From: an uncultured Actinomycetes bacterium
GTDB lineage: Bacteria; Actinomycetota; Thermoleophilia; Gaiellales; Gaiellaceae
NCBI GenBank assembly: GCA_963805575.1
Contig: CAWDUL010000005.1
Location: forward strand, 683,473-747,472
Direction of reading: 5' to 3'
DNA length: 64,000 nt
A program made the position numbers and the translations under genes. The notes beneath the pieces are model-generated. The model saw only the letters and a program-made list of their open reading frames with translations. It searched no databases and had not been told where the DNA came from. How positions within the stretch are numbered: the first letter of the stretch is position 1; every line of letters starts with the position of its first letter. Below, one piece after another: positions 38,457 through 46,763 of this stretch.

Positions 38457-39920
38457 TTGAGCGGAAAGGGCCACCCGCCGATACAGCACTCGATGCGGCG
38501 TCCCCTCGGCTCGATCGTGCCGATTCTGGCCACTTGCGCCCTCCTGCCGGTAGGGCTCCTGATCGCGTTCGGCCATCACATGGTGATGCCGCCGATGTGG
38601 GTCCACTTCTACGCCGTCGGCGTCAGCGCGCTCGTCGCGACGGTCGCCGCGGTGGCGATCACCGCAGCCGGCGCACGCCGGGGCGATACCCGCACGGTGA
38701 TCGTCGGCGGAGGTTTCTCCTTGATGGCTGCCCTCCTCGCGGTACACGGTCTCACCACGCCCGGAATGCTGGTGGGCCGTAATGGCCTGATCGCCGTGAC
38801 CGGCGCCGCAACGCTCCCCGTCGGCGGTGTCGCGATGGCGCTGTCGGCGCTTCCGCAGTTCGCCTCCCCTCGCTCGATCCCGCGCGTGATCGCCCTTCAA
38901 GTGGCGCTCGCCTGCGCGATTGTCGTCCTCAGCATCGTCGGCATCGCGAAGCCGAGCCTCGTACCGGGTGTGCCGGCGCCGCGATCGGCGGCCGCGATCG
39001 CTCTTTTCGCGATCGGGATCTGTGTCTACGCCGCACTGGCGCTCCGCGCGATGAACACCTTCCTGCTTACGCGCCGCGGAGCCGACTTCGCAGTTGTGGG
39101 CGGAATCGTGCTGCTCGCCTGTTCGCTCTATGCAGCGCTGTTCCTCACCTTCGTCGAGCTCGGCTGGTGGCTCGGACACATCTTCGAGTTCGTCGGCATC
39201 GCGGTCGTCGGCGCATCACTCGTCTATGACCTGCGTCGCGGTCGCACGTCGCGTGCTCTCGTCGGCGATCTGCGCGCCGCGGACGTGGTCGCCTCCGAAG
39301 AGGCGTATCTCGGCGCACGTGTTCGGGCGCTCATGGTGCGCCTCGCGGCCAAGGACGCCTCGACGGAAGAGCACACGCGCCGCGTCGCCGCGCTCGCCGT
39401 CGAGCTCGGTGAGCAGCTCGGCCTCTCGCCGAACCGGTTGCGGAGCCTTGCGATCGGCGGGCTGCTGCACGACATCGGCAAGCTCTCCGTCTCTACGGCG
39501 ATCCTCCAGAAGCCCGGGCCGCTCGACGACGAGGAGTTCTCGGAGATCAAGCTGCATCCGGAGCGCGGCCGGGAGCTGCTCTCGGAGCTCGGCAGCTTCG
39601 ACGACGACGTGAAGCGCCTCGTGCTCGACCACCACGAGCGGCTCGACGGAACCGGATACCCGCGCGGCCTCCGTGGGGACGATCTGGATCTGGCGACACG
39701 CATCCTCGCGGTCTGCGATGTCTACGACGCGCTCGTCTCGTCGCGCGTCTATCGCGCCGCGTGGTCGCGCGACCATGCGCTCGAGCTCTTACGCGACGAA
39801 GCCGGCGTCGGCTTCGACGCCCGCTGCGTCAACGCGCTCGAACAGGTGCTCGACGGTCGCGTCGCCGAGCGTGCGCATACGCCTTCGCGTGCGCAGTTCG
39901 TTACGTCGCCTGCGGGTTAG
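38457..39920 (+). CDS. Membrane-anchored HD-GYP domain protein
   Basis: It has about 7 N-terminal TM segments. The motifs are 'HDIGKLSVSTAILQKPGPLD' and 'HHERLDGTGYPRG'. The ATG at 38493 is an alternative start. Confidence 0.88.
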   Translation: MSGKGHPPIQHSMRRPLGSIVPILATCALLPVGLLIAFGHHMVMPPMWVHFYAVGVSALVATVAAVAITAAGARRGDTRTVIVGGGFSLMAALLAVHGLTTPGMLVGRNGLIAVTGAATLPVGGVAMALSALPQFASPRSIPRVIALQVALACAIVVLSIVGIAKPSLVPGVPAPRSAAAIALFAIGICVYAALALRAMNTFLLTRRGADFAVVGGIVLLACSLYAALFLTFVELGWWLGHIFEFVGIAVVGASLVYDLRRGRTSRALVGDLRAADVVASEEAYLGARVRALMVRLAAKDASTEEHTRRVAALAVELGEQLGLSPNRLRSLAIGGLLHDIGKLSVSTAILQKPGPLDDEEFSEIKLHPERGRELLSELGSFDDDVKRLVLDHHERLDGTGYPRGLRGDDLDLATRILAVCDVYDALVSSRVYRAAWSRDHALELLRDEAGVGFDARCVNALEQVLDGRVAERAHTPSRAQFVTSPAG

Positions 39921-40303
39921 CGCAGGAGCTTCGCGACGGTGGAGTGCGCCAGCACGAGCTCGGGCTCTTTCTGCATGAGCGAGAGATACCGTCGGCCGAA
40001 CGGAGTGTCGCTTTTCGGCGGCAAGAGGAGCTCGCGCGCGCGATCGAGCAGCTCCTCGGGCGTTGCGATGTCTTCATCCCCGGCACCGTCCTCGACGTCG
40101 AGAGTGTCGTCGATCGCGAGGATCAGCCCCGAGAACGGCTGCAGCCAGCCGTAGCGAAGCGGATCGGAGACGATCTGCAGGAACTGCGCACCGCTGAGCT
40201 CACCGTGGACCCGTTCGAGCGCGCGGCGCTCGGTCCCAAGCACAGCCTTGTGCAGCGCGAGGAGCGGCAAGCGCAACGCCCGTAAATCGTCCGCGGGAGC
40301 CAT
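39917..40303 (-). CDS. Hypothetical protein (128 aa)
   Basis: Only the last 128 codons of track ORF 39917..40762, from the ATG at 40303, have normal composition (MAPADDLRALRLPLLALHKAVLG...). I recognise no family. Confidence 0.45.
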   Translation of the reverse strand: MAPADDLRALRLPLLALHKAVLGTERRALERVHGELSGAQFLQIVSDPLRYGWLQPFSGLILAIDDTLDVEDGAGDEDIATPEELLDRARELLLPPKSDTPFGRRYLSLMQKEPELVLAHSTVAKLLR

Positions 40304-40403
40304 TGTCCCAACTGTTGTACCGAGTGAGCCGTGGCGGAGCCCAACTTGTTGGGCGAGAGCAGTGATACCGCCCGGCCGTGAGCACAGGAAGAAGGGGGGC
40401 CTT

Positions 40404-40456
40404 GGGGGAAACTGGTTTCCCCCCAAAGCGAGCTCTTCGGCCTCAAGCCGAAGAGC
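40404..40456 (-). terminator. Two tandem hairpins downstream of the desaturase gene
   Basis: GCTCTTCGGC-ctcaa-GCCGAAGAGC (40432-40456) is a perfect 10-bp stem starting 8 nt after the stop. GGGGGAAAC/GTTTCCCCC (40404-40423) follows it. Confidence 0.6.
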
Positions 40457-40463
40457 AATGCGT

Positions 40464-41567
40464 CTAGCCCATTTCGATCTCGACCGGCACACCGAGCCGG
40501 CCGAGCCGGCGCAAGTGCCGGTGGTGCGAGCGAAGCGCGATCCAGAGCGACGGCTGCGCCGTGTAGCGCACGCCGTGCTTCGCGGCGTTGCGCCTGACGA
40601 TCTCTGCGATGCGCGGATAGTGCGTGTGCGGGACGCGTGGGAAGAGATGGTGCTCGATCTGGTAGTTGAGCCCGCCGAGGATCCAGGTGAGGAATGCGTT
40701 GCGGGGGCAGAAATCGACGGTCGTCTCGACCTCGTGTACCGCCCAGATCCTCTTCTCCCCATCGAGCTGCTCGGCTGAGGTGAAGTCGGCCTCCTCGACG
40801 CAGTGCGCGAGCTGGAAGGTCGTCGCAGTGACGAGGCTCGTCGCCATCGTGAACCCGACGTACCCGGCGGCCACGACCCACCAGGGATAGACGAGCAGCG
40901 GCGCGACGATGGCCCACGCGATGAAGATTCCCTTGCCGGCGAGCAGTCCCGCGAGATCCCAGCTCCGGGGCATGCGAACCGTGCTCCTGCCGATGCGGCG
41001 CCGGATCAGAGCAGCGACGTCGGCGCCTGTCTGCCACCGGATCACCATCACGCTGTAGAGCGGCCAGATGTAGATGTGCTGGAGCCGGTACCACGGCTTC
41101 GGCGCCTGCGTCGGCATGAAACGTGCGAACGGCGTCTGGCTGATGTCGTCGTCGTAGCCGTCGACGTTCGTGTACGTGTGGTGCGCGACGTTGTGCTTGA
41201 CGCGCCACGCGTAGCTCGAGAAGCCCAGCATCGCGTCGGCGGTCCAGCCCATGAGGTGGTTGAAGCGCCGCGTGCGGAAGTAGGCGCCGTGATTTGCGTC
41301 GTGCTGGACGCAGAACCCGATCAAGACGGTCCCGAGGACGAGACCGGCGAGAGCCAGCAGCCCGAGCGCGAGGCCCGGCCGGACGAAGACGATCGAGAAC
41401 CACGATGCAGCCCAGATCGCGAACGCGACGACGGTCTTCGTGTAGAGCTGCAGATGCCCAGCGAGTCGCGTCCGGCGGGGGGCCAGATAAAGCTCGACCT
41501 CTCGACGGGTCTCGAGGATGAAGTCGCCGCCGTTGTCGAACGACAGCTTGCGCGCAGGCGTGTTCAC
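40464..41567 (-). CDS. Membrane fatty-acid (acyl-CoA/lipid) desaturase, DesA3-like
   Basis: The three histidine boxes are 'HDANHGAY', 'HNVAHHTYTN' and 'QIEHHLFP'. TM segments are present. Confidence 0.88.
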   Translation of the reverse strand: MNTPARKLSFDNGGDFILETRREVELYLAPRRTRLAGHLQLYTKTVVAFAIWAASWFSIVFVRPGLALGLLALAGLVLGTVLIGFCVQHDANHGAYFRTRRFNHLMGWTADAMLGFSSYAWRVKHNVAHHTYTNVDGYDDDISQTPFARFMPTQAPKPWYRLQHIYIWPLYSVMVIRWQTGADVAALIRRRIGRSTVRMPRSWDLAGLLAGKGIFIAWAIVAPLLVYPWWVVAAGYVGFTMATSLVTATTFQLAHCVEEADFTSAEQLDGEKRIWAVHEVETTVDFCPRNAFLTWILGGLNYQIEHHLFPRVPHTHYPRIAEIVRRNAAKHGVRYTAQPSLWIALRSHHRHLRRLGRLGVPVEIEMG

Positions 41568-41690
41568 GTATGGACGACCCTAGCCGGGATTCCGGCCACT
41601 CGGAGACTTTCGAGCGCAGGCAGGCCGGCGGTCGCCGACGAAAGTCAGCATCCCTGAGTTCAGGGAGGGGCCGGCTTTCGACGGGCGCCG

Positions 41691-42119
41691 ATGCTGATGG
41701 AAGTGAAGAGCGACCCGCAGTCTCGACGCAACGCCGACCAGCTCGATCATGTGCTCGCGTCCAAGCGCGTCGACCTCGCACGACTCGACAACGAAGAGGC
41801 GCGGTCCCGGCACGAGCAGGCGATCGAGCAGATGGCGACCTACGTCTCGATGCTGCGCGACACCACGACGACGTCCGCGTCGCTTGCAGCAGCGTACGGG
41901 CCCGACGGAAGGCTGCGCCGCCCGTTCTCGTTCAAGCTCGAGTTCGCGGATGGACGCTGGAACGTCGACGAGAAAGAGCTCGACGTCGCACCGCAGGTCG
42001 GCGACATCATCTCGTTCGGCGACGGTCCTCCGTGGCGCGTGCGCGCGTCGCAACTGGTACGTGCGCGACCTGCGCAGAAGCCCGTGCGCGAGTTCTTCGT
42101 GTGCGCGCCCGCCGCGTGA
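41691..42119 (+). CDS. Hypothetical protein (142 aa)
   Basis: It is a clean ORF with balanced composition. I recognise no family. Confidence 0.5.
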   Translation: MLMEVKSDPQSRRNADQLDHVLASKRVDLARLDNEEARSRHEQAIEQMATYVSMLRDTTTTSASLAAAYGPDGRLRRPFSFKLEFADGRWNVDEKELDVAPQVGDIISFGDGPPWRVRASQLVRARPAQKPVREFFVCAPAA

Positions 42120-42170
42120 TTCGCCGGTAGTCCAACGCGACGACGGCTTCTGTCGTCATGATCCGTCGCG

Positions 42171-43649
42171 ATGAGCTGGCATCCGGTTCCCGATAGAGCT
42201 GCAGCGAGAACGCTGGGCGACGCGCTTCGGCGTGTCGGCTTCAACGAAGACGCGGTCATAGAACTACTCGGCGAGAATGCGTACGGGCTGACGCGCGACG
42301 ACGTTCCGGTCGGCGTGCGGCGGCTGCCGGACTCGCGGCTCGGCACCGTCCTTCGCTCGCTCTTCCTCCAACAGCCGGTACCGACCTCGGAGCTCGCGCA
42401 GGCGCTCGGCCGCGCGGCAGTCGAGGCACTCGAGACGACAGGACTTGCCGCGGTCGGCGACCAGGTCGCGCCCCACGGGCGGATCGTCCCGGTCGGCGAC
42501 CTCTTCGTCACCTCCGACGATTTCCCCGGTGAGGACGCCGAGAAGGATCCGCCGGACTTCGTCGCCGCGTACACGCCGACCTCGAAGCTGTGCGACGCGC
42601 TGACGCCGCGCGGGCCGATCGACCGGGCGCTCGACATCGGAACCGGCAGCGGCGTGCAGGCGATGCTCTCGGCGCGCCAGGCGCGGGAGGTCGTCGCGAC
42701 GGACGTCAATCCGCGCGCGCTCGCGTTTGCGGAGCTGAACGCGGCACTCAACGGATTCACGAACATCGAGTGTCGTCTCGGCAGCCTGTTCGAGCCGGTC
42801 GAGGGCGAGACGTTCGACGTGATCACCTCGAATGCGCCGTTCGTCGTCTCGCCGGAAAACCGGTGGGCGTATCGCGACGGCGGGCTCGAGGCGGACCGCT
42901 TCTCCGAGCTGATCGTCCGCGAAGCCGTCCGGCACCTGAGCGAGGACGGCTACGCGACGTTGCTCGTGAGCTGGGTGGCGGAGGACGAGGGCGAATCGGA
43001 GGCGCGACCGCTCGAATGGACCGAGGGCAGCGAGTGCGACAGCTGGATCCTGCCGATCTATGCGCTCGACCCACTCGATCACGCCGTCCGCTGGAACGTC
43101 CATCTCGCCGGGCAGGCGGACGCATTCGGCCGGGTGATCGACACGTGGACGAGCTATCTCGATGAGCTCGGCGTAGAGCTCGTGACCGAGGGCGCGGTCC
43201 TGCTGCACCGGCGCGTCGGTCGCGCGCACTCGTCGCGCGTCGACGTCGTCGACGACGACGTGGTCGACCATGCAGGCGATCAGATCAAGCGTGCCTTCGC
43301 GGCGCGCGCGCGACTCGTGGAGCTCGACAAGCCGAAGGAGCTCCTCGACAAGCGAGTGGCGCTCGTGGGCCTCGTTCGCCTCGAGCGGGATCTGGACGCC
43401 GACGGCAGCCGGCCGGTCGAGCGAGGCGGGCTCGTGCAGATCGCGGAGGGGATGAACCTCGGCGTCGAGGCGGACCCGAACCTGCTGCAGATCGTCGCCG
43501 CGCTGGACGGGACGCAGACCCTCCAAGACGTCATCGGCGCGGCCGCCGGCGACCTCGGCCTCTCCGGGGGCGACGCGAAGCGCCTCCGGCGCGAAGCGCT
43601 GTCCCTCGCGCGCGAGCTGCTCGAGCTCGGCGCCGCCCGCTTCGTGTAG
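42171..43649 (+). CDS. Class I SAM-dependent methyltransferase with long N- and C-terminal extensions (HemK/PrmC-like core)
   Basis: The SAM motif is 'ALDIGTGSGVQAM', with acidic 'VVATDVN' and 'DVITSNAPFV' (NxPF, cf. NPPY). About 190 aa of unassigned sequence lies on each side. Confidence 0.75.
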   Translation: MSWHPVPDRAAARTLGDALRRVGFNEDAVIELLGENAYGLTRDDVPVGVRRLPDSRLGTVLRSLFLQQPVPTSELAQALGRAAVEALETTGLAAVGDQVAPHGRIVPVGDLFVTSDDFPGEDAEKDPPDFVAAYTPTSKLCDALTPRGPIDRALDIGTGSGVQAMLSARQAREVVATDVNPRALAFAELNAALNGFTNIECRLGSLFEPVEGETFDVITSNAPFVVSPENRWAYRDGGLEADRFSELIVREAVRHLSEDGYATLLVSWVAEDEGESEARPLEWTEGSECDSWILPIYALDPLDHAVRWNVHLAGQADAFGRVIDTWTSYLDELGVELVTEGAVLLHRRVGRAHSSRVDVVDDDVVDHAGDQIKRAFAARARLVELDKPKELLDKRVALVGLVRLERDLDADGSRPVERGGLVQIAEGMNLGVEADPNLLQIVAALDGTQTLQDVIGAAAGDLGLSGGDAKRLRREALSLARELLELGAARFV

Positions 43650-43663
43650 CCACCTCGAACGGA

Positions 43664-44040
43664 CACGTCCCGTGCCTGGCACCGGACGTGGCAGCGTGGG
43701 ACACCGTCTGCAACGTCCAGCTGCTCGCCCAGGCCGTACGACTGCGTGCCTTCGCCCGTTTCGGACGTGGCCCCAGCCCCCACGTCCCGTGCCTGGCACC
43801 GGACGTGGCGGCGTGGGACAGCGTCTTCAACGTCCGGCTAATCGCCGAGGCGGTACGACTGCGTGCCTCTGCCTGCTCGGACGTGGCCCCAACCCCCACG
43901 TCCCGTGCCTGGCACCGGACGTGGCGGCGTGGGACACCGTCTGCAATGTCCGGCTGCTCGCTCGAGGCCGTGCGACTGCGTGCCTCCGCCCGTTCGGACG
44001 TGGCCCCAACCCCCACGTCCCGTGCCTGGCACCGGACGTG
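43664..44040. repeat. Tandem array of 3 full ~117-bp units plus a terminal palindrome copy
   Basis: CACGTCCCGTGCCTGGCACCGGACGTG is identical at 43664, 43781, 43897 and 44014 (spacing 117/116/117). The inter-palindrome segments are homologous between units. Confidence 0.9.
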
Positions 44041-44076
44041 TCCGGCAGAGCCGGTCCGGCCGATTACGATCGCGTC

Positions 44077-44418
44077 GTGTCGAACAGCCGGCTCGTGTAC
44101 TCCACCGACGGCGGCGATCGCCGTACCGCACCCCCGAAGCGCGGAGCGGCGGCAGCGTCGCGCAAGGGACCGGAGCTGCCGAACGACGGCATCGTCCGCG
44201 TGTTCCGGGAGAAGGGGCGGCGCGGCGGCAAGGTCGTGACCGTCGTTCGCGGGCTGCCGGCGGGAGACGCAGCGGGCGTCGCGAGCGACCTGAAGCGCCT
44301 CTGCGGCAGCGGCGGCGCGGTGAAGGACGGCGCCGTCGAGATCCAGGGCGACCATCGCGAGAAGATCGCGGCCCGGCTCGAGACGCAGGGCTACCGCGTC
44401 AAGCTCGCCGGCGGCTGA
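44077..44418 (+). CDS. yciH: SUI1/YciH family translation initiation factor
   Basis: From the GTG at 44077, evidence is 'GIVRVFREKGRRGGKVVTVVRGL', 'LKRLCGSGGAVKDGAVEIQGDHREKI' and 'GYRVKLAGG'. The upstream part of track ORF 43672..44418 is the repeat array. Confidence 0.88.
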   Translation: MSNSRLVYSTDGGDRRTAPPKRGAAAASRKGPELPNDGIVRVFREKGRRGGKVVTVVRGLPAGDAAGVASDLKRLCGSGGAVKDGAVEIQGDHREKIAARLETQGYRVKLAGG

Positions 44419-44547
44419 CAGGCGAGCGATAACCGGGGGGATACCCGTACCGAAAGACGCCTGCCCACCGCACTGACGAAACAGCCCGTATGAGCGAGCC
44501 TTTCGTCACGGAGCGCAACGCTCCGTCATCGAGACGAGAGGACAGCC

Positions 44548-44799
44548 ATGACGCACCCCAACGCACCGAGAGAGCTCGCGTACCGCGTGCATGACGGCCT
44601 CGAGGTCACGCTTCTCTGGGACGCGGGCTCGGACACGGTCTCGATCGACGTCGTCGACGAGCGCAACGACTGCAGCTTCTCGATTCCCGTCGCGCCCGGA
44701 GCGGCACTCGACGCCTTCAACCACCCCTACGTCTACGCCCCCGACTCGATCGTCCTCGGTTCCCCGAGGGCGCCCCAGACGGTCGCGACGCCCGAATAG
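44548..44799 (+). CDS. Small hypothetical protein (83 aa)
   Basis: It is a clean ATG ORF with acidic, non-junk composition (LEVTLLWDAGSDTVSIDVVDERNDCSFSIPV). GAGAGGA lies upstream. Confidence 0.5.
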   Translation: MTHPNAPRELAYRVHDGLEVTLLWDAGSDTVSIDVVDERNDCSFSIPVAPGAALDAFNHPYVYAPDSIVLGSPRAPQTVATPE

Positions 44800-44931
44800 C
44801 GGCGGAAATGCCGGTTTTTCGCGCTCGTTCGCGCACAGGAGGTCCGACGCATTCCCTAAGCTGCGGCGTCGTCGTCGATAGCGGCGACGGGATTGAGTCC
44901 AGAAAACGAACGTACGCACGAGGGAGTGAAG

Positions 44932-45306
44932 ATGGCAGCACAGGCAATGACGGCAACACAGTTCATCGAGGACATCGCGACCCGGCTCGACGGGCAGTAC
45001 TCCAAGACCGACGTCCGCAAGGTGCTCGGCGCCGTGGCCGAGGAGCTCCAGGGCGCCCTCGCCGACGGGTACAAGGTCAACATCGCAGGCGTCGGCCGCT
45101 TCGAGCCGCGCGCGAAGGCCGGCCGCAAGAAGGGCGATTTGATCCGGAACCCGTTCGACCCGGATGCGCCGCCGAAGAAGGTCACGGCCGACGAGCCGAC
45201 CAAGGTCGTCGTCAAGGCATTCCCGGCCGCCGCACTGAAGAACGGCATGCCGAGCCCGTCGACGAAGAAGGGCAAGGAGCTCGCGAGCGCGCTCCTCTCG
45301 AAGTAA
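44932..45306 (+). CDS. HU/IHF-family DNA-binding protein with a Lys/Pro-rich insertion and tail
   Basis: From the ATG at 44932 (GGGAG upstream), evidence is 'TATQFIEDIATRLD..SKTDVRKVLGAVAEEL' and 'GVGRFEPRAKAGRKKGDLIRNPF'. Confidence 0.75.
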   Translation: MAAQAMTATQFIEDIATRLDGQYSKTDVRKVLGAVAEELQGALADGYKVNIAGVGRFEPRAKAGRKKGDLIRNPFDPDAPPKKVTADEPTKVVVKAFPAAALKNGMPSPSTKKGKELASALLSK

Positions 45307-45345
45307 CGCCGCGCGCCCGCGAGGGCGGCGCGGTCCGAGGCACCG

Positions 45346-45375
45346 AAAGGGGGCTCCGACGAGGGGCCCCCTTTT
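45346..45375 (+). terminator. Intrinsic terminator after the HU-like gene
   Basis: AAAGGGGGC-(11 nt)-GCCCCCTTT then T. The A-tract/T-tract arrangement could work in both directions. Confidence 0.65.
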
Positions 45376-45449
45376 GCGTCCTCGCCCGATGAGTTTCGAG
45401 CTGGTGAACGGTCCACTTCTACGACCCGGTCGGAAAAGGAGTCATCAGC

Positions 45450-45752
45450 GTGGGCGCCCCAGAGCCGAGCTCGATCGAATTCGCCGTCGGCGGGACGATC
45501 GCACGCGCCGACGTCCCGCGACTCTGCGATGCGCTTCGCCTGCTCCTCGAGCCCCGGAAGATCGAGCTCGTGATCTGCGACGTCGGTGCACTCGTCCGGC
45601 CCGACGCGGTCGCGGTCGACCTGCTCGCCCGGCTTCAGCTCACCGCGCGCCGGCTGGGCGCGGCCATCCGCCTCCGAGATGCATCCGCAGAGCTCTGCGA
45701 GCTGATCGTCTTCATGGGCCTGTGCCCGCCGTTGACTACGCGTCGAAAGTGA
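45450..45752 (+). CDS. STAS-domain protein (anti-sigma-factor-antagonist-like, no phospho-serine)
   Basis: The pattern 'IEFAVGGTIARADVPRLCDALRLLL...LVICDVGALVRPDAVAVDLLARLQLTARRLGAAIRL' fits the STAS beta-alpha layout. The start is GTG. Confidence 0.5.
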   Translation: MGAPEPSSIEFAVGGTIARADVPRLCDALRLLLEPRKIELVICDVGALVRPDAVAVDLLARLQLTARRLGAAIRLRDASAELCELIVFMGLCPPLTTRRK

Positions 45753-46755
45753 GGGGCAACCCGAAGAGCGGGAAGAGCCGTTCCGTGTCGAGGAAAAAGG
45801 TCATCTCCCCGATGAGCCCATCCCGAAGCTCGACCACCTGCAGCGCCCACGGCTCGTACCCCGAGCCGTCCTCGCGCGGCTTGTACTGCCCGAAGGCGGG
45901 CGAGCCGTTCGCCGCAACCGTGGGGATCACGCGCGAGCCCTTGCAGCCGATGCCAGGCCCGAACCACCAGGTGAAGATGTCGTCGCGACCCTTGAGCCAC
46001 ATGTCGTACGGCGGCATCGACTGCTGCGCGTCCTCCTGGATCAGCGACGTGAGCGCGTCGATGTCGTACGCCTCGAATGCGGCGACATAGCGCGCGAGCA
46101 GTGCGCGATCCTCTTCGCTGAGCTCCGGGGTCGGGTCGGACGCGCTCACGTTGCCGTCAGCAAGTGTCGCGCGTGCTCTCTGCAACGCGCTGTTGACGGA
46201 CGCGACGCTCGTGTCGAGCAGCTCTGCAACCTCCGTCGCCTGCCAGCGGAGCACCTCACACAGGATCAGCACGGCCCGCTGGCGCGGCGGCAGATGCTGC
46301 AGCGCCGCCACGAACGCGAGCCGGATCGACTCGCGTGCAACCGCGACGTCGGCGGGATCTCCATCGGACACGACGAGCCCATCGGGGATCGGCTCGATCC
46401 AGGTGACCTCGGGGAGCGTGTTCAGGTTCTCGATTATCGGCTCACGCGCGGGGCCGAGATCCATCGGCGTGGCACGACGCTCACGTCCACTCAACATGTC
46501 GAGCGAGACGTTCGTCGCGATGCGGTAGAGCCAGGTGCGCAATGCCGCGCGGCCCTCGAAACGATCGAGGCTCCGCCACGCGCGCACCATCGTCTCCTGT
46601 ACCGCGTCCTCGGCTTCGAACGACGAGCCGAGCATGCGGTAGCAGTACGCCGTCAGCTCTCGCCGGTGCGACTCGAGCTGGAGCTCGAGGTCGCCCGAGC
46701 CCGTTGCCGTGGTTTCGATCTTGGCCATCGCCGTCAATCCTGCCATGCCGGGCAC
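45736..46755 (-). CDS. ECF-type sigma-70 factor with a C-terminal SnoaL/NTF2-like extension
   Basis: Region 2 is 'AEDAVQETMVRAWRSLDRFEGRAALRTWLYRIATN'. Region 4 is 'LPPRQRAVLILCEVLRWQATEVAELLDTSVASVNSALQRAR'. An extra C-terminal domain of about 130 aa follows. Confidence 0.85.
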   Translation of the reverse strand: MPGMAGLTAMAKIETTATGSGDLELQLESHRRELTAYCYRMLGSSFEAEDAVQETMVRAWRSLDRFEGRAALRTWLYRIATNVSLDMLSGRERRATPMDLGPAREPIIENLNTLPEVTWIEPIPDGLVVSDGDPADVAVARESIRLAFVAALQHLPPRQRAVLILCEVLRWQATEVAELLDTSVASVNSALQRARATLADGNVSASDPTPELSEEDRALLARYVAAFEAYDIDALTSLIQEDAQQSMPPYDMWLKGRDDIFTWWFGPGIGCKGSRVIPTVAANGSPAFGQYKPREDGSGYEPWALQVVELRDGLIGEMTFFLDTERLFPLFGLPLTFDA

Positions 46756-46763
46756 CTGCTGTG

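Noticed and set aside
43675-43695. A sigma-54 promoter inside the palindrome (CTGGCAC...).
   Set aside because: TGGCAC is present, but the -12 GC is not at the required spacing: position 14-15 after the T of TGGCAC reads GG, not GC. The motif is explained by the palindrome itself.
42264-43799. The 511-aa minus-strand ORF antisense to the methyltransferase gene.
   Set aside because: It is Arg/Asp/Glu-rich with no motifs. The plus-strand ORF has a clear SAM-binding core and a sensible start and stop.
43664-44040. A CRISPR array, read as 27-bp palindromic repeats separated by ~90-bp spacers.
   Set aside because: The 'spacers' are homologous to one another, so the true unit is ~117 bp. The spacer length is far outside the CRISPR range, and no cas genes or leader are present.
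43672-44076. ORFs running through the 117-bp repeat array (e.g. 43672..44418, 43688..44239, 43531..44355) as possible repeat proteins.
   Set aside because: The unit lengths 117/116/117 shift the frame between units, so no frame keeps a consistent repeat peptide. The SUI1 homology starts only at 44077.
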